Shown here in pieces: positions 63,186 to 64,000 of a DNA stretch of 64,000 nucleotides. The first letter of the stretch is position 1. Each line of letters begins with the position of its first letter. The translations under genes were made by a program, and so were the position numbers. The stretch is from the NCBI GenBank assembly GCA_049320885.1, contig JBMORA010000035.1, positions 32,001 through 96,000 on the forward strand, written 5' to 3'. The notes under the pieces were generated by a model that was given only the letters and a program-made list of their open reading frames with translations, did no database searches and was not told the DNA's origin. This DNA comes from Thermodesulfobacteriota bacterium. Its GTDB lineage: Bacteria > Desulfobacterota > Desulfobacteria > Desulfobacterales > SURF-7.

Positions 63186-64000
63186 CTAGAGACGCCTGAC
63201 CGGCCCCACGGCGGTAACATACAGTAACGCCGAATTCTGCCGTAAACCCAGCAGGGTGCGCGCCTCGCCGTCATAGAAGGCGCCGATTCCGCAGCATCCC
63301 AATCCGAGGGCCGTGGCGCTCAGGTGGATGATCTGTCCCAGCCGTCCCGCCGTCATCATGGCGTGCCGGTATCCCCTGGGGCCGCGGGAATGATGGAGGA
63401 AATCCAGATCAGCCATGAACAGAAACAAAAGCGCCGAATTGGACAACCATTCCTGATCCAGACAGACCGCGGCCATTTCCCGGATCCGTTGGCCTTCCCG
63501 GACCAGTCCGATTCTCCGCTGATCCGGGTCCAGCAAATACAGACCCGGGGGGACATGTTCAACAGCGCCGGAAAAAAAACCGACCCGGATGGGGGGCTCG
63601 GGATTGTTATCCCCGATTTCCGACCGTCGCAATACATCCGCCGGCAGCTCCAACAGGCTGTCAAAAGCGGTTTCCGGCAATTCCTGATTCACGAAATTTC
63701 GTCTGGAACGACGCGTAAATACGATTTCCGGATACGGTATTGCCGCGGTCCTCTCGCCATTCCGGGTGATTGCCCGATACCGGCGGGGTTCGATTCCGAG
63801 TTCATGCCGGGTTTCCGGTTTTCCCGCATCGGCCGGCACGGGCGGTATTCCGGCGCGGTGGAGCTGCTCGATTTCGGGATAATCGACCTCCCGCAGGCAA
63901 ACCGGGGCTGCGGTCGGAATATCGTTTTCACCGTTCACCGGCGTCACAGGGGCGGCGGCGGGGGGCGACTTCCCGCCGTATACATGAAAACAGGCGAGAC
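63186..64000 (-). CDS. SagB-type nitroreductase/dehydrogenase, C-terminal part (runs off the right edge)
   Basis: RRSRRNF, PGLY, RGYRHAMMTAG, GCCGIGAFYD; frame is open to the window edge. Confidence 0.85.
   Translation of the reverse strand, partial: LACFHVYGGKSPPAAAPVTPVNGENDIPTAAPVCLREVDYPEIEQLHRAGIPPVPADAGKPETRHELGIEPRRYRAITRNGERTAAIPYPEIVFTRRSRRNFVNQELPETAFDSLLELPADVLRRSEIGDNNPEPPIRVGFFSGAVEHVPPGLYLLDPDQRRIGLVREGQRIREMAAVCLDQEWLSNSALLFLFMADLDFLHHSRGPRGYRHAMMTAGRLGQIIHLSATALGLGCCGIGAFYDGEARTLLGLRQNSALLYVTAVGPVRRL

Overview
Bacterial window, most consistent with a sulfate-reducing Desulfobacterota (Desulfobacterales-like); the taxon is inferred from gene content only. 1-18.5 kb is high-GC core/metabolic sequence: malic enzyme, dgkA, PAS-LuxR, a hydrolase, DUF362, two YebG-like genes, a pentapeptide-repeat protein, ParA, a FecR-TPR-barrel plus CHASE2 cyclase pair, MsrAB and an ADP-forming acyl-CoA ligase. 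18.6-24.2 kb is a sigma54 module (activator, KH and ABM proteins, orphan groEL). 24.2-50 kb is a decaying, co-oriented defence island: type I R-M, SBD-HNH, two YhcG nucleases, GxxExxY, AbiE, NERD-helicase, ArdC, AlbA and DUF4062 proteins, IS3 and many gene fragments. 50.5-59.1 kb holds signalling and chemotaxis genes, followed by tRNA-Ala(GGC), ppiD and core genes. The most unusual signal is in the R-M locus. HsdS carries an in-frame GIY-YIG insert surrounded by four copies of a 20-21 nt palindrome, all inside coding sequence and all frame-compensated. A GxxExxY gene is bounded by 26-nt inverted repeats, and a gene-less copy of the same element splits the hsdS 5' end, where exact excision restores a continuous frame. 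Related triple-repeat hairpins separate the defence genes like cassette boundaries. Family names come from motif recognition, not database searches.
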